Of a DNA stretch of 34,973 nucleotides, positions 34,269 to 34,973 are shown one piece after another. Source of the DNA: a virus. Its lineage: Duplodnaviria > Caudoviricetes. Numbering within the stretch: the stretch's first letter is position 1; every line of letters begins with the position of its first letter. The DNA lies in the IMG/VR virus record IMGVR_UViG_3300020403_000039, positions 1 to 34,973 of that record. One strand, 5' to 3'. The notes below the pieces were generated by a model. The model was given only the letters and a program-made list of their open reading frames with translations, did not search any database and was not told the DNA's origin. A program made the position numbers and the translations under genes.

Positions 34269-34973
34269 TCAGGACTTGGCAAAGTCGAAGGTAGGAGTGG
34301 TTGTTGGGCGGAAGCTAATTTCCACTGCCTGGGCGTCATCAGGGTTGATGGACAGGTTGGCGGAAATCAGGTTTGCTTCGAACTCGATGGAACGGGACAG
34401 GGTGTTGTCGATGGAGCCGCCGGTGAACACCTGGTCGGTGTAAAGCTTGAACTTGGCACCGGTTTGGATGCGTTGCAGCACGTCCTCGACCATCCGGTTG
34501 CCCAGAGAATCGTCGGTGTCGGTGAAGTAAACGGTGGCGCTGCCTGAACCGTCGGCGAAACCGGCGATGAAGGTTTTGAACGGCACGTACTGACCGGGGG
34601 TTTTGCCGATCGTCGTCACGTCAATCTCGTCGCGAGTGATTTCGAAGGACCACTCACGAACCTGTGAGACTGAGGTGAAGTCGTCATACTCAACCTGAAA
34701 CTTGTTGGGGGCGGTTGCCGTACCAACGTCGGTGAGATCGACAGCAGAACCGCCGTCAGTTGCTGAAACCTGCAGCACCCCGGTGCTGGCGGTGTAAGCG
34801 ATGACGTAGTAGGTGGTGCTGGTTGAGAGGCCGGCAGGCAGGGTGCCGCTGCCAGCGCCGCCGGTGGTGGTGTTGACAACGCTGAACTGGACGGGGTCGC
34901 CGACCTTGAAGTTCAGGTAAGGAGCAACGGTAATGTCGTCACCAGAGGTATCAACATCGGTCGTTGCAAACTG
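34269..34973 (-). CDS. Major tail (tube) protein, 5' end outside window
   Basis: Frame is open to the window edge; VREWSFEITRDEIDVTTIG...GFADGSGSATV; followed by a terminator and chaperones. Confidence 0.88.
   Translation of the reverse strand, partial: QFATTDVDTSGDDITVAPYLNFKVGDPVQFSVVNTTTGGAGSGTLPAGLSTSTTYYVIAYTASTGVLQVSATDGGSAVDLTDVGTATAPNKFQVEYDDFTSVSQVREWSFEITRDEIDVTTIGKTPGQYVPFKTFIAGFADGSGSATVYFTDTDDSLGNRMVEDVLQRIQTGAKFKLYTDQVFTGGSIDNTLSRSIEFEANLISANLSINPDDAQAVEISFRPTTTPTFDFAKS

Overview
Central ~35 kb of a tailed dsDNA cyanophage with siphovirus-type tail genes. The likely host is a picocyanobacterium, judged from the RpoD-like sigma, an NblA-like gene, a YRGV/DUF4278-type peptide and typical cyanophage mini-proteins. 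Gene order: terL (partial)/terS on the minus strand; a divergent block of small early genes; PD-(D/E)XK exonuclease and SSB-like gene (minus); a plus-strand replication/transcription arm (prim-pol/helicase, DUF3310, PolA, sigma, NrdR-like Zn ribbon); then a convergent minus-strand late arm (HNH, GH19 endolysin, small membrane proteins, fibres, tail tip, tape measure, chaperones, major tail protein partial). No integrase, tRNA, CRISPR array or reverse transcriptase was seen. Most striking unexplained signals: (1) CGTTCCAG (often ACGTTCCAGG) occurs about 25 times on the + strand versus 2 on the - strand, in all six reading frames, and one of the two reverse copies plus three variants sit in an iteron array at the end of the prim-pol gene; (2) a start-less ORF in the lysis module reachable by a -1 frameshift; (3) two tandem gene cassettes bounded by a repeated leader and a recoded copy of the exonuclease 3' end; (4) an NtcA box on a DUF4278-like peptide, next to a candidate ~215-nt structured RNA. 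All counts and alignments were done by eye; no database searches were run.
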